Source of the DNA: an uncultured virus (IMG/VR IMGVR_UViG_3300042374_001628)
Lineage: Duplodnaviria > Heunggongvirae > Uroviricota > Caudoviricetes
Length of the DNA stretch: 64,000 bases
Strand: one strand, 5' to 3'
Virus record (IMG/VR): IMGVR_UViG_3300042374_001628
Location: 1-64,000 of that record
The number at the start of each line of letters is the position of its first letter. Position 1 is the first letter of the stretch. The position numbers and the translations under genes were made by a program. Below, one piece after another: positions 9,290 to 19,247 of this stretch. The notes under the pieces were generated by a model that was given only the letters and a program-made list of their open reading frames with translations, was not told the DNA's origin and ran no database searches.

Positions 9290-10496
9290 AAACTTTTATT
9301 TCTGGTAATGGAATGATCCATTTGCCATTAAAATTTTTATTTCTTTTTATTATTTCATCAATAAAAGTATACGCAAAGCATAGGATATAGTCTGGCGGAT
9401 CTGTATTTAAAATTTCAGAATTTACTATTGGTATATGATTATTTGGAGTAAAACATCCAACTTTTAAAGGCGCATCATCAATAATTAGTGGTATCTCAGA
9501 CTTATTTATATTATAAAATGCCATAAGTGTATTTGCTTGGCCAGAAGCTCCATATCCATAAATTTTTTTATTTTCACTTTTGAGTCTAGATATCAAAGAT
9601 TTAAGTTCAGCGCCAAGAGACTTTACATTATCAGAATAATCAAGATATGTATTGATATCATAAAGTTTTAAATCAATCTCCTCTTTTTCTAAAGATGATA
9701 CGCTATCTTTAATTTCGTATGCTCCATTATGGCAAATATAATAGCGTACAGATCCGCCGTGTATGTCAATATGTTTAACATCGAATATTGATAAATCAAA
9801 CTGATCCATTAAATATTTCATAGCTTTAAGGCTATAATAATACATATGCTCATGATATATGAAAGGAAATTGAAAATTTTTAATAATATTTCCAAGCCAA
9901 TGTACCTCTATAATCGCTACCCCTTCGCTAGATAATAATTTTTTAATTCCAAAAGTAACATCTTTAATATTTTCGATATGGGCAAAGCAGTTGCTGGCGC
10001 TTATAATATCTGCCGTTCCATGTTCAGAACTTATTTTATCTGCAAGGCTACTATTAAAGCATGTGTTATACAGTATAGTACCATCTGGTTGAAAGTTTTT
10101 TGCAACATTGCTTGGGTCTACGCCAATAATTTTTTCATACTGTGTGCCTATCAGATTGCCAAGCATAGAAAAATCATTGCAACCAATTTCAACTATATTT
10201 TTATTATTTTTTGCTGACTTATATTCATTTGCCATTTCACCAAAATGAATTTTAAGAGTATTTATTGATCCTGTTTTGTAGAAATAATCGCTAAATAAAA
10301 CTTCTGGAGAAATTACTTCATTCACTTGGACTAAAGAGCTTTCTGGGCAAAAAGAGACTGTTAGCGGATATTTAGATTCTGTTTTACATGACCCTTCATC
10401 TTTTAAAAATCCACCAGCCAATGCCGTATCGAAAGAAAAAAATGTTATTAAATTTTTTGATTCAGAAATTCTGCAATGATTATATTTTTTATACAT
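9282..10496 (-). CDS. SAM-dependent NDP-hexose C-methyltransferase family
   Basis: VEIGCND, GVDPS, NCFAHI, IYHEHMYYYS, HGGSVRY, GYGASGQANTL, DDAPLK. Confidence 0.88.
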   Translation of the reverse strand: MYKKYNHCRISESKNLITFFSFDTALAGGFLKDEGSCKTESKYPLTVSFCPESSLVQVNEVISPEVLFSDYFYKTGSINTLKIHFGEMANEYKSAKNNKNIVEIGCNDFSMLGNLIGTQYEKIIGVDPSNVAKNFQPDGTILYNTCFNSSLADKISSEHGTADIISASNCFAHIENIKDVTFGIKKLLSSEGVAIIEVHWLGNIIKNFQFPFIYHEHMYYYSLKAMKYLMDQFDLSIFDVKHIDIHGGSVRYYICHNGAYEIKDSVSSLEKEEIDLKLYDINTYLDYSDNVKSLGAELKSLISRLKSENKKIYGYGASGQANTLMAFYNINKSEIPLIIDDAPLKVGCFTPNNHIPIVNSEILNTDPPDYILCFAYTFIDEIIKRNKNFNGKWIIPLPEIKVYE

Positions 10497-11289
10497 AGGA
10501 TCCTAGTGATATTTTTTGTCTAAATTGTTGAATTGAAATTCCTGCTTTTAACTGAAAGTTTTCTAAATTATTTTCATTTTTAAGTTCTTGTGGAAGCCTC
10601 TTCATTGAAGCAGAAGATGTGTGAAAAACAAAGGATTTATTTGAGCAAATATGTTTAAAGTTAAATCCGTGCAATTTCCATAGGTTGTAGGCAAACATAT
10701 CATCGCGTCCGTACCCGCTACGAAAAGTCATATCCCATTCTCCAGAATATCCACCAATAGAGAGATAATCTTTGGATTTTACGCATATTGGGTGACAATA
10801 TGATATGATCATTTTGTCTTGATTGTAAAGATTGTTACTCCATTTGCCAATGAATACGTTGTAGGTTTCAATAGAAATTTCTGATTTTAAATCTGTATCC
10901 ACAACAACGCATGGGTTATTGCTGTAAAAATTTTCCACAAGCATACATGAAGATGATGCTGGGTAATTTTTTTCTATAATTTGAATCAGATCATCTGCAA
11001 AATCTAGACAAAAAAGCATATCATCATTGGTGTTTAAAAAATATTCAGAATTCTCTATAAATGGCTTTAAATAATCTATTGCCAATACGCCTCTGTTTTC
11101 TGGAACAGCAACGAATGGTATTTTCAAATTTAAAAGAAAATCTATCGACTCTATATCGGCCTCATTTAAAACAACAGCAATCCCGTCTTTGCTAAAATCA
11201 AGGCTTTGCATTATTGAAAAAATACAACCCTTTAAAAGATTTGGGTTATTCCAAGAGCATAATCCAACTAATAATCTTTTTTTATGCAT
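10489..11289 (-). CDS. Putative GT-A glycosyltransferase
   Basis: NTNDDM acidic motif, IGGYSG...GYGRDD, VFH; start set to ATG at 11289. Confidence 0.65.
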   Translation of the reverse strand: MHKKRLLVGLCSWNNPNLLKGCIFSIMQSLDFSKDGIAVVLNEADIESIDFLLNLKIPFVAVPENRGVLAIDYLKPFIENSEYFLNTNDDMLFCLDFADDLIQIIEKNYPASSSCMLVENFYSNNPCVVVDTDLKSEISIETYNVFIGKWSNNLYNQDKMIISYCHPICVKSKDYLSIGGYSGEWDMTFRSGYGRDDMFAYNLWKLHGFNFKHICSNKSFVFHTSSASMKRLPQELKNENNLENFQLKAGISIQQFRQKISLGSYV

Positions 11290-12040
11290 ATGTATCATTG
11301 TATATTGTTGGCGGCAATTGGCCAGATTTTTTATAAAAATCTTTATTAATTTCAACACAATTTTTTAAAGGATTCCAATTGTAAGAGCATGCGCCAAAAT
11401 GTGCCTCTTGGTATTCTATTTTATTCTTGCTTCTCTCATTATTAAGCCAAGTCATATGTTTTACATGAATATTATTTTTAGGAATAATTATGCTAGAAAG
11501 CTGCTTATAATCTACAGGCGCTCCATCTTTATTGCTATATAAAATATCATTATCCCAATAAAATTTATCAATAGTATAATTTTGATATGTTTTTTTGAAT
11601 AATCTCGGCGGACAAAAACCATCTATCCAAGATTTTTCATCAAATATATAATTTTTAAAATTAATTTTGGCCCAAGCAACCCAGCTAAAATCATCTCCAT
11701 TTATAAAGTTTAGTAAACTTTCTATTTCTTTTTCTGTATAAAACTCATCTATATCTAAAATAAGAAACGTATCAGTGTTTGTATTTTGTTTTAAAAATTC
11801 CAATGGAACATTTCTAGCATTATGTTCGTTTACAATATTTTCATTATTATGAAATATATGACTATCTGGAATAAACTTGCTAAGCTCGTCTAGGCACGGT
11901 TTATTGTTTTGTTTTTGAAAATTTTCGAATTGAAAGCTGGCACATGCAGTTGGTATATTAAAATTCTTCCAAGGAGATAGGCATGGCTGCACATACTCTT
12001 CAAGGGCGTAAGCTGACAGTATAATGGCTAAATTTCTCAT
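11282..12040 (-). CDS. Putative GT-A glycosyltransferase
   Basis: EHNARN...FLILDIDEFY (DxD), PPRLF, HVKH. Confidence 0.7.
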   Translation of the reverse strand: MRNLAIILSAYALEEYVQPCLSPWKNFNIPTACASFQFENFQKQNNKPCLDELSKFIPDSHIFHNNENIVNEHNARNVPLEFLKQNTNTDTFLILDIDEFYTEKEIESLLNFINGDDFSWVAWAKINFKNYIFDEKSWIDGFCPPRLFKKTYQNYTIDKFYWDNDILYSNKDGAPVDYKQLSSIIIPKNNIHVKHMTWLNNERSKNKIEYQEAHFGACSYNWNPLKNCVEINKDFYKKSGQLPPTIYNDTYA

Positions 12041-12828
12041 ATATCTAATCCATGTTTGAAGTATTCGTCTTTAAAATCAGACTCTTGAGTGTTTAATACA
12101 ACATCTCTTCCACTATAGCCTGACCATTCGTTTTGCCAAAAATTTTTATTAATCTCTCCTCGCCTGCTTAAATCTTGATATCCGTAGTGGATAACAAATG
12201 GTATTTGTAATGTTTTTAGAATTTCTATTGGAGATTTATGTTTAAAGTCTGGATGATGTGTAATATTTATAGATTTGCACAAATTGCCCAGTTCGTCTAT
12301 TAGCTCGCAACCATCGCTTTTATCTTTATCAAATTTACCATCAGATCTTCTTGCAAAATTAACAATGCCTCTATGCATACCCTTTTTTCTATGGATATAC
12401 CATTTTGTGCCTATATCTCTATAGTGATTTTTATCCTTATAAAGGTTAATAACGGGAATCATAAAAGCATATCCATCTAAAATTATATCTTTATTGACCT
12501 TGATAAAGTTTTTCCAAATATTTGGATCATTAATTCTTTCATCTCCGTCAAGTTGAACACATATATCATTTGAGCAATTTTGAAGGGCAATATTCTTTAG
12601 CTTTCCATCTTTAGCAAATGTTGTAGAATTTGCATCATAACTCATAAATACTTTAACTTTGCTATTGTTGTTTGCAATATTTTGTAATATGTCTTGTGTA
12701 TTGTCTTCATTATCAGGTATTGTGGCAATACAAATCTCGTCAGCTAATTGAGAAAAATTTTCTATAGCAGAATTTATATCAAACTTATTCTTTTCTATAT
12801 TGAACGCTGTTGTATAAATTGATATCAT
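12037..12828 (-). CDS. Putative GT2 glycosyltransferase
   Basis: ISIYTTAFN, ADEICIA, KNIALQNC...QLDGDER, VIHYGY; start set to ATG at 12828. Confidence 0.75.
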   Translation of the reverse strand: MISIYTTAFNIEKNKFDINSAIENFSQLADEICIATIPDNEDNTQDILQNIANNNSKVKVFMSYDANSTTFAKDGKLKNIALQNCSNDICVQLDGDERINDPNIWKNFIKVNKDIILDGYAFMIPVINLYKDKNHYRDIGTKWYIHRKKGMHRGIVNFARRSDGKFDKDKSDGCELIDELGNLCKSINITHHPDFKHKSPIEILKTLQIPFVIHYGYQDLSRRGEINKNFWQNEWSGYSGRDVVLNTQESDFKDEYFKHGLDI

Positions 12829-12830
12829 AA

Positions 12831-13619
12831 TTAATCCCAATACTTAAAAACATGCGCTTTCCATCCTTCAGGGACTATATTATCACATTTTTTTGTAGAT
12901 AAAATTTCTTTCCATTGATCTTCTGAAAATGGATAGTATGTATGTTTCATCCTGACATCTCCCGATACTATGCTAACAACCTTTGTATCAGTTCTATGCC
13001 TCCATACTGTTCCATCTTTTTCTTGGCGTACGCTCCATTTGCCACAATCTGCAAAAATAGGATAATTTTTACCATTATGGCTTATATAAATAGATTTATA
13101 TTTTAAATTATTTTCTTTTATATAATTTTGGATACACTCCTCGGTCCATTTGATTTCACTCCATGGGCCTGGACCACCAATACTCTTTGGTATTTTATTG
13201 TAGAATGATGGACTTATAAACTGAGCCCTTTCTGAATAGTTGCCATGTCCTTGGTTACCAGCAAGATCTATATAAGCGTACCTATCGTTTTCAATAAGTT
13301 TTACCATTGATTCAATAAAATTATCATCAATTACTGCTAATTGAAGCTGGTCTACTTGTATATAGAATGCATAATCGGCAAAGGATTGAGCAAATAGCTG
13401 TATTGTTCCTGCGCCGCAACCATTATTTCGGCTATTAACTATAAGATCATCTATTAACCCATCCTGCTTGAACTTCTCTGAATATCTCTCGGAAGATCCA
13501 TTATCTAAATATGTAATTTTATAATCAAACTTAGAATTTGATCTTATACTATTTAATAAGTTTTTGGCTTCATCTGGCCTATTATAGTCAAGTATAAGAT
13601 ACTCAATAACATATTTCAT
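12831..13619 (-). CDS. Putative GT2 glycosyltransferase
   Basis: ILDYNRP, LDNGSSE, NNGCGAG, IQVDQ. Confidence 0.7.
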   Translation of the reverse strand: MKYVIEYLILDYNRPDEAKNLLNSIRSNSKFDYKITYLDNGSSERYSEKFKQDGLIDDLIVNSRNNGCGAGTIQLFAQSFADYAFYIQVDQLQLAVIDDNFIESMVKLIENDRYAYIDLAGNQGHGNYSERAQFISPSFYNKIPKSIGGPGPWSEIKWTEECIQNYIKENNLKYKSIYISHNGKNYPIFADCGKWSVRQEKDGTVWRHRTDTKVVSIVSGDVRMKHTYYPFSEDQWKEILSTKKCDNIVPEGWKAHVFKYWD

Positions 13620-14005
13620 GTAGTTATTTTTAATCCAGTTTTCTTTTCTAACTTCTTAATTCTTTCTTTTCGTTCTTTTTGAACTACTTCTGGATGTTTT
13701 GCGCCATGCCTCTTTGCGGAATAGTCTTTATAATATTTTTTTCTAATAGGATCATTAAACCCGCCACGCTTTTCGCTTAATTCCCTAGAATAGTCCTGAA
13801 TATCTCCTATGGTGCCTCTCATTTTTCCAGTCTTCTCTATAAAAGAGTTTTCAGAAGAAATATTTGTATCTATAGAGGCATTTGGAGAGTAGTAAATTCT
13901 TCTTAATTTTTTTCCATTGTGATAATATTCATGAACGTCATTCATGCCCTGAACTATATCATGAACTTCGCCACTATCATCATCAATGTAAGAATATATT
14001 GGCAT
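13616..14005 (-). CDS. FmdB-like small protein (zinc-ribbon cysteines absent)
   Basis: N-terminal MPIYSY...GEVHDIVQGM...LRRIYYSPN pattern. Confidence 0.5.
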   Translation of the reverse strand: MPIYSYIDDDSGEVHDIVQGMNDVHEYYHNGKKLRRIYYSPNASIDTNISSENSFIEKTGKMRGTIGDIQDYSRELSEKRGGFNDPIRKKYYKDYSAKRHGAKHPEVVQKERKERIKKLEKKTGLKITT

Positions 14006-14226
14006 TATTTATAGTCTTTGCTATTTCTTATAATTTCACACTTTGGGGTAACTCTTCTCCAAGAGCCATCTGGCATAATTTTATAAGATCTATCAGAGTG
14101 TTTAATAAGATTTCCAGAGTTTTCTTTTAAGAAATCATTTCTAGTATGTTCAGCAAGTTTCTGCTTTAACTCCTCTTTATGCTTATTGTATTTTTGAATT
14201 TCTTTATTTTTACTTTTTGATCCCAT
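14005..14226 (-). CDS. Hypothetical basic protein
   Basis: 73-aa ORF tightly coupled to its neighbours (TAATG overlap). Confidence 0.6.
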   Translation of the reverse strand: MGSKSKNKEIQKYNKHKEELKQKLAEHTRNDFLKENSGNLIKHSDRSYKIMPDGSWRRVTPKCEIIRNSKDYK

Positions 14227-14227
14227 A

Positions 14228-15304
14228 TTATTTTATACTTTCTAGTATTTGACTGGTAGTTTTTTCCCAAGTAAATTCTTCTTGGAGTTTTAGCCCATTT
14301 TCATTTACAGGATTAGATTTTACCTTTTCGATTGCTGCATCACATGCGTCAATAAATTCACTTGATGAAAAATCAAAAATATTACCTTGATTAAATGGCT
14401 GACCCTCTCTAAAGAAAATATTATCATATGCTGGAATTTTACCATTTGGAGTTACGCAAACAGAATTTTCTTCGTTCATCCAATCTTTATATCCATGAGC
14501 TTTTAGCCCAACGCAATGCTTTCCAAGAGCAACAGAAGTGAATTCTGGTAACCCCCATGTTTCACCACCAGACATAGCAATTATAATGTGATTTGCATTT
14601 AAAAATTTATTATAATCCGCGTTGTTGGGCATCCATGGCAGAAAATTGATATTAAAATAACTTTTACCCTCTAATGCCTGAGATATCATTGCGCTTTGAT
14701 CTTCTGGCTTCAAGAAATTATTAAAAATGGCACAATTTAAATAAACATCATGCCTATTTCCATATTTTTTTGCCCATGCATTTAAAATTTTGAGGTGATG
14801 CTTTCTTTTTTCTAGTTTTCCAGCCAGACCAAAGCATATTCGATTGTCAGGATAGTTAATATTTTCAATTTTAAATGTATTTGAATCAAAACCAAGGGGT
14901 ATGGCCTTACAATTAATATCAAAATTAGAAAAAAGATTTGCGTAATGCTTTGATGGGACAAATACCATTTCTTGATTTTTCAAAATATTAAGCTCACGCG
15001 CAGTTGGGCTATCCAACTCATAAAAAGTATAGAGATATTGTTTTTCTGAAACACTTTCTAGACTTCCGGTAATATGCCATAATTTTAGAACAGGATTCTT
15101 TTTAGAATGGGTTTCTTCTGATTTAATAGAGTTTGAAACAATCCAATTCACAAAATCATTTTCTGATTCAAGCATCGAATGATCAGGTTGACCTATATGA
15201 AATATAGATGGGTTTATTTGCTTTTTAAAAATCTCTCTAGCAATATTATTTGAACATTGACCCAAGCTAGTCTGATTGAATGGAAAATTTATAGCGAATT
15301 TCAT
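14228..15304 (-). CDS. GT-B glycosyltransferase (GT4-like)
   Basis: VFVPSK, IPLGFD, GKLEKRK, SGGETWGLPEFTSVALGK, FTWEK. Confidence 0.85.
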   Translation of the reverse strand: MKFAINFPFNQTSLGQCSNNIAREIFKKQINPSIFHIGQPDHSMLESENDFVNWIVSNSIKSEETHSKKNPVLKLWHITGSLESVSEKQYLYTFYELDSPTARELNILKNQEMVFVPSKHYANLFSNFDINCKAIPLGFDSNTFKIENINYPDNRICFGLAGKLEKRKHHLKILNAWAKKYGNRHDVYLNCAIFNNFLKPEDQSAMISQALEGKSYFNINFLPWMPNNADYNKFLNANHIIIAMSGGETWGLPEFTSVALGKHCVGLKAHGYKDWMNEENSVCVTPNGKIPAYDNIFFREGQPFNQGNIFDFSSSEFIDACDAAIEKVKSNPVNENGLKLQEEFTWEKTTSQILESIK

Positions 15305-15336
15305 AAACGATAATATTTAAATGATTTGAAAAATCT

Positions 15337-15370
15337 AAAAAATAAAAGCCCAATTTTAGGTTGGGCTCTT
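15337..15370 (-). terminator. Rho-independent terminator after the SSB-like gene
   Basis: AGCCCAA/TTGGGCT stem (15347-15367) followed by a T-rich tract on the minus strand. Confidence 0.7.
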
Positions 15371-15393
15371 ATTTGATTTATAGATAGTTAGAA

Positions 15394-15684
15394 TTAAAAC
15401 GGAATATCGTCTTGATTATCTACCTCTTGAGAACTCTCTGACTGTTGTGGCTTTTTAGCCTTCGATTCAGGTTTAAGATCCTCCGATAGGTCGGAGAGTG
15501 TCAATCGGTAATCAGGCTGGTTTGGCTTTGTCTTATTATTTTTAAAAATAAAAGCAGTATATTCGCCAGAACCAATCTTTACCTTTCCCGAAAGGAATTG
15601 TTTTCCATTTTTTTCTTTTTTCCAGAAGGCACCAACATCTGTTAGATCTGATGCATTATTACTTTTTTGCTTTGTATCGCTCAT
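15394..15684 (-). CDS. Putative single-stranded DNA-binding protein (DUF736-like)
   Basis: VGAFWKK...FLSGKV...NQPDYRL core, acidic tail ending DDIPF. Confidence 0.65.
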   Translation of the reverse strand: MSDTKQKSNNASDLTDVGAFWKKEKNGKQFLSGKVKIGSGEYTAFIFKNNKTKPNQPDYRLTLSDLSEDLKPESKAKKPQQSESSQEVDNQDDIPF

Positions 15685-15689
15685 AGTTT

Positions 15690-16289
15690 TTATACTATAT
15701 CTAGATTTGATGTAGATTTCAATTTATTTTTCAAAAATGAAATAAATTTGTCATGCCAGTTTACAACTGTCTGTGTAGAAACCCCAAAATGATCAGCTAT
15801 TTCTTTGAAGGTTTTTACTTTATTGCCTTCAGTAAAATATCTCATTTTTATTACTTCCTTTGCTGTTTCGTCTGATGACATGCTGATTATATTTTTAATA
15901 TGTGATAGTATATCATTATCTTTTGCCTGATATGAGGCCTCTTCATTAGAGTACTGATCAGCCAAATATTTTAAAACATCGCTGTCCATTGTTGATTCTT
16001 TTTTGTACTGATTGCATGCATTGAGACATGCATAAGTTACAATATTACCAAGCCAAGTTGAAAACTTCGCGCCAAATGATGGATCGAATGTTTTAGCTGC
16101 TTGATAAATAAGCGAATCTTTTTGCTCCTCAACGTCTTTTGCAATAGTTGAAGTGTTATTATGAAAATACTTGTTATATATTTTGTAACATATTCCAGAA
16201 TGCCTATCAATAAGGATTGACAGTGCGTCCTGACTTGCTTGATTCCTTACCATGTCGGCCAGATCGTTATCTTGTAGTTTATTAATCAT
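15690..16289 (-). CDS. Phage-encoded sigma70-family sigma factor
   Basis: Region 2-like AAKTFDPSFGAKFSTWL; region 4 HTH KTFKEIADHFGVSTQTV; start set to ATG at 16289. Confidence 0.85.
   Translation of the reverse strand: MINKLQDNDLADMVRNQASQDALSILIDRHSGICYKIYNKYFHNNTSTIAKDVEEQKDSLIYQAAKTFDPSFGAKFSTWLGNIVTYACLNACNQYKKESTMDSDVLKYLADQYSNEEASYQAKDNDILSHIKNIISMSSDETAKEVIKMRYFTEGNKVKTFKEIADHFGVSTQTVVNWHDKFISFLKNKLKSTSNLDIV
15694..15722 (-). promoter_or_regulatory. Sigma70-type promoter for the SSB-like gene
   Basis: TTGAAA-N17-TATAGT, 9 nt before the ATG. Confidence 0.55.
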
Positions 16290-16381
16290 AATGAATTTTA
16301 TAAAAACGCCTAGCGTTTTTGCGGCCTTTGGCCGCATTTATTTTTTTGTTCTAACATAAATTAATATTTAACATGTTTTGT

Positions 16382-16409
16382 TTGAAAAAGCAATATATTT
16401 TTTTATTAT
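16382..16409 (+). promoter_or_regulatory. Sigma70-type promoter, probably leaderless transcript
   Basis: TTGAAA-N16-TATTAT, 5 nt before the ATG at 16415. Confidence 0.45.
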
Positions 16410-16414
16410 CTGTC

Positions 16415-16795
16415 ATGGATATCTACTCAATACTCCTTATTTCAATAACAATATCAATGATTCTTTACTATGTGTATGAGACGAATGTTTTGTGGGAATA
16501 TTTAAATAAAATTTCTGATTTATTAAATTTTAATGGATCTAATAAGATTTTTTGCGGCATACTTTTGGTTAAGGCATATCCTAGCAGTGAAGAGCCAAAC
16601 TATTTACAGTTTATTAATAAAATATATAATACTTTTACAACAAGACTACTATCGTGCCCAATATGTTTAGGATTTTGGATATGTCTAATCGCTGGTGTAT
16701 TATCTGATATTATTTTAGTGCCAACCTTTGCTTTTATTTCTCTAACAATGTATTACTTTATAAAAATTTTGACAAAACTATCTGCAAAAATATAA
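16415..16795 (+). CDS. Small membrane protein with CxxC (DUF1360-like)
   Basis: Hydrophobic segments; LLSCPICLGFWI; start set to ATG at 16415. Confidence 0.55.
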   Translation: MDIYSILLISITISMILYYVYETNVLWEYLNKISDLLNFNGSNKIFCGILLVKAYPSSEEPNYLQFINKIYNTFTTRLLSCPICLGFWICLIAGVLSDIILVPTFAFISLTMYYFIKILTKLSAKI

Positions 16796-16796
16796 T
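16769..16796 (+). promoter_or_regulatory. Consensus sigma70 promoter
   Basis: TTGACA(16769-16774)-N16-TATAAT(16791-16796)-N5-ATG(16802). Confidence 0.7.
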
Positions 16797-16801
16797 CCCT
16801 T

Positions 16802-17293
16802 ATGAAAAGCATATCGTACTATAAACCAAATAGTCAAAACAAAGGTTCTGCTGCTCAATTTCAATTTGGAGCCAAAGAAAATGACTATGGCCTTTACCTT
16901 GGCATTGTTAAGCAATTCGGGTGGAATAGCCAATCGAAGCGCGGATCATTTTCTGAAAACTCAAAAAATCCACTAAAAAATAAAAAAATCAAGTTCAACA
17001 ATACAGAGGCATCTGCAATGTGTAGGGTGATAGAATCATCTTCTGAAAAATGGTCAACGGTGCATAAAAGTGAAACTAAAACCACCTCAATATCATTCTC
17101 TCACTATATCAAGGATGGCATAAAGTTGGGGTATGGCCTTTCTATAAGCGAAAAGGATGGAGAGGCATTCATGATTGGATTCAATAATGATGAAGGTTAT
17201 TTACTTAAAGAATTTTTAAAATCATATATTTTATTTACTTTCGATAAAAATAATGTTAATGATAGTGAAAATAAAAAACAATCAAATTTTTAA
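16802..17293 (+). CDS. Hypothetical protein; possible Whirly/PC4-fold ssDNA-binding protein
   Basis: Duplicated beta-rich plus helix pattern (KIKFNNTEASAM / IGFNNDEGYLL); weak resemblance only. Confidence 0.4.
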   Translation: MKSISYYKPNSQNKGSAAQFQFGAKENDYGLYLGIVKQFGWNSQSKRGSFSENSKNPLKNKKIKFNNTEASAMCRVIESSSEKWSTVHKSETKTTSISFSHYIKDGIKLGYGLSISEKDGEAFMIGFNNDEGYLLKEFLKSYILFTFDKNNVNDSENKKQSNF

Positions 17294-19246
17294 ATGAGAA
17301 AAAAGCGAGTACTTTTCCTTACAGACTATGCAGGTGTAAATACTGGATTTGGTAAAAATATAAAATTACTTTTAACGTATTTATATAAAACAAAAAAATA
17401 CGAATTATTTCATGCAGCTTGCGGTGTTGGTAGGGATAATCCAGAATTTCAAAAATTTCCTTGGAAAACTATAGGGGTAATACCAAATGATCAGTCTTTT
17501 ATTAGCAGAATGCAACAAGATCAGCATTTTGCCAGAATGGCCAGCTATGGAGAGCCAGAAATAGCTAAAATTGTAGAAGAAACAAAACCAGATGTTATTT
17601 TTGCTATACAAGACAGCTGGGGCGCATTATTCGTAGCAGATAAGCCATTTTTTAAAAAAATTCCGACAGTTTGCTGGATTACATTTGATAGCCTTCCTCT
17701 TCTTCCAGACACCGTTGAAAAAGCCAGCAAGATAGCCAACTATTGGACATGGTCAGATTTTGCAGAAAATGAATTTCATAAACTTGGATTTGATCACGTA
17801 AAAACTCAATATCCATTAACTAATACGGATAACTTTTATCCGCTTTCAGAAAATGAAGTGCTTACTATAAAGCAGCAGCATGGTATTGAGAAAGATTGTA
17901 AAATATTTGGTTTTGTATTCAGAAATCAATTGAGAAAACTAGTTGGTACATTAATATCTGGATATTCAGAATTTTTAAAGCAAAATCCAGAGATGTCTAA
18001 AAAAACAAAGCTTTTGCTGCATACGCATTTTGCAGAAGGGTGGGATATTATGAGATTTGCAAAGCAATATGGGGTTCCTGAAGAAAATATTTTATGCACC
18101 TATATTTGCAAAGAAACTTATAAATACTTCATTCTCCCATACGCTGGGCAAGATATAGAAAATCCAACAACCAAAAGAAAAACATTAATAACCACAAATG
18201 TCAGTATTGGCGTAACTGATTCGCAATTAAACGAAATATATAATATAATGGATGCCTACCTGCATCCTGCAACATCTGGCGCATGCGAAATACCAATTGT
18301 TGAGGCTGCATTAGCTGAAAAAATAGTATCTACATGCGACTATTCATTTGGCTGGAATGTTGTAAATCATAATAAGGGGTGTATTCCTATGGATTATTCA
18401 CTTTACAATGAACCTCCAATGGGATCAAGTACTCAGTTTTTAAAATCTCAACCTTATCCATCATCCATATCAAAAATAATGAAAAAAATTTGCGAAATGA
18501 AGAAAGATCGCAAAAAAGAAATGGAAAGACATTCTAGAGAATGGGCATTAAAAAATTATTCAGTTTCTGTAAATGGTGAAAAAATAGAAAATTTTATAGA
18601 TTCGCAAAAATTTATCGAAGATGAGCAGGCATGGGTAGACAAAGAAGTTAAAAATATCAATCCAAAAGCACAAATTCAAAATATTGATGATGACTTGCAG
18701 TGGGTATTGCAGCTTTATAGTAAAATATTAGACACTAATCCTGACCTCAACGATGATGGTGTTAGACATTGGATGATGCAAATTGAAAGAGGAATGCCAA
18801 GACAAAATATTGAATTATATTTTAGAGATGTTGCTAATAAAGAATTGCAAAAAGAAAATCCACAAACATTGGATGTTTTATTTGACAGTAGCGATAAGTT
18901 GAATAAATTAAAAAGACTATTAATTGTACAGCCACAAAGTGCTGGAGATATTTTTATAGTAACATCATTACTTGAATCAATCAGGTCAAAATTTACTAAA
19001 GACAAATGGAAGATATATTTTGCATGCGAGCCTAAATTTTTTGAAATCTTAGCTGGTAATGAAAACATAGATAAAATTATCCCATACAATCAAATTATGG
19101 ATAATCAAATAATTATGGAAGGTCATGGAGATCACAATGGTTATGTTGATATTTGCTTAAATCCATACTTTTCAACACAGAAGTTATTAAATTATACTCA
19201 TAACAGTTATAGCATTTCTCAATTCGATCACGAGTTTAAAAAATAA
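17294..19246 (+). CDS. Multidomain glycosyltransferase: GT4 + DUF4214-like helical unit + N-terminal half of a GT9
   Basis: TGFGKN, KPDVIF, FRNQLRK, YNIMDAYLHPATSGACEIPIVEA; LYSKILDTNPD...GVRHW; LLIVQPQSAGDIF...NENIDKII. Confidence 0.8.
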   Translation: MRKKRVLFLTDYAGVNTGFGKNIKLLLTYLYKTKKYELFHAACGVGRDNPEFQKFPWKTIGVIPNDQSFISRMQQDQHFARMASYGEPEIAKIVEETKPDVIFAIQDSWGALFVADKPFFKKIPTVCWITFDSLPLLPDTVEKASKIANYWTWSDFAENEFHKLGFDHVKTQYPLTNTDNFYPLSENEVLTIKQQHGIEKDCKIFGFVFRNQLRKLVGTLISGYSEFLKQNPEMSKKTKLLLHTHFAEGWDIMRFAKQYGVPEENILCTYICKETYKYFILPYAGQDIENPTTKRKTLITTNVSIGVTDSQLNEIYNIMDAYLHPATSGACEIPIVEAALAEKIVSTCDYSFGWNVVNHNKGCIPMDYSLYNEPPMGSSTQFLKSQPYPSSISKIMKKICEMKKDRKKEMERHSREWALKNYSVSVNGEKIENFIDSQKFIEDEQAWVDKEVKNINPKAQIQNIDDDLQWVLQLYSKILDTNPDLNDDGVRHWMMQIERGMPRQNIELYFRDVANKELQKENPQTLDVLFDSSDKLNKLKRLLIVQPQSAGDIFIVTSLLESIRSKFTKDKWKIYFACEPKFFEILAGNENIDKIIPYNQIMDNQIIMEGHGDHNGYVDICLNPYFSTQKLLNYTHNSYSISQFDHEFKK

Positions 19247-19247
19247 T

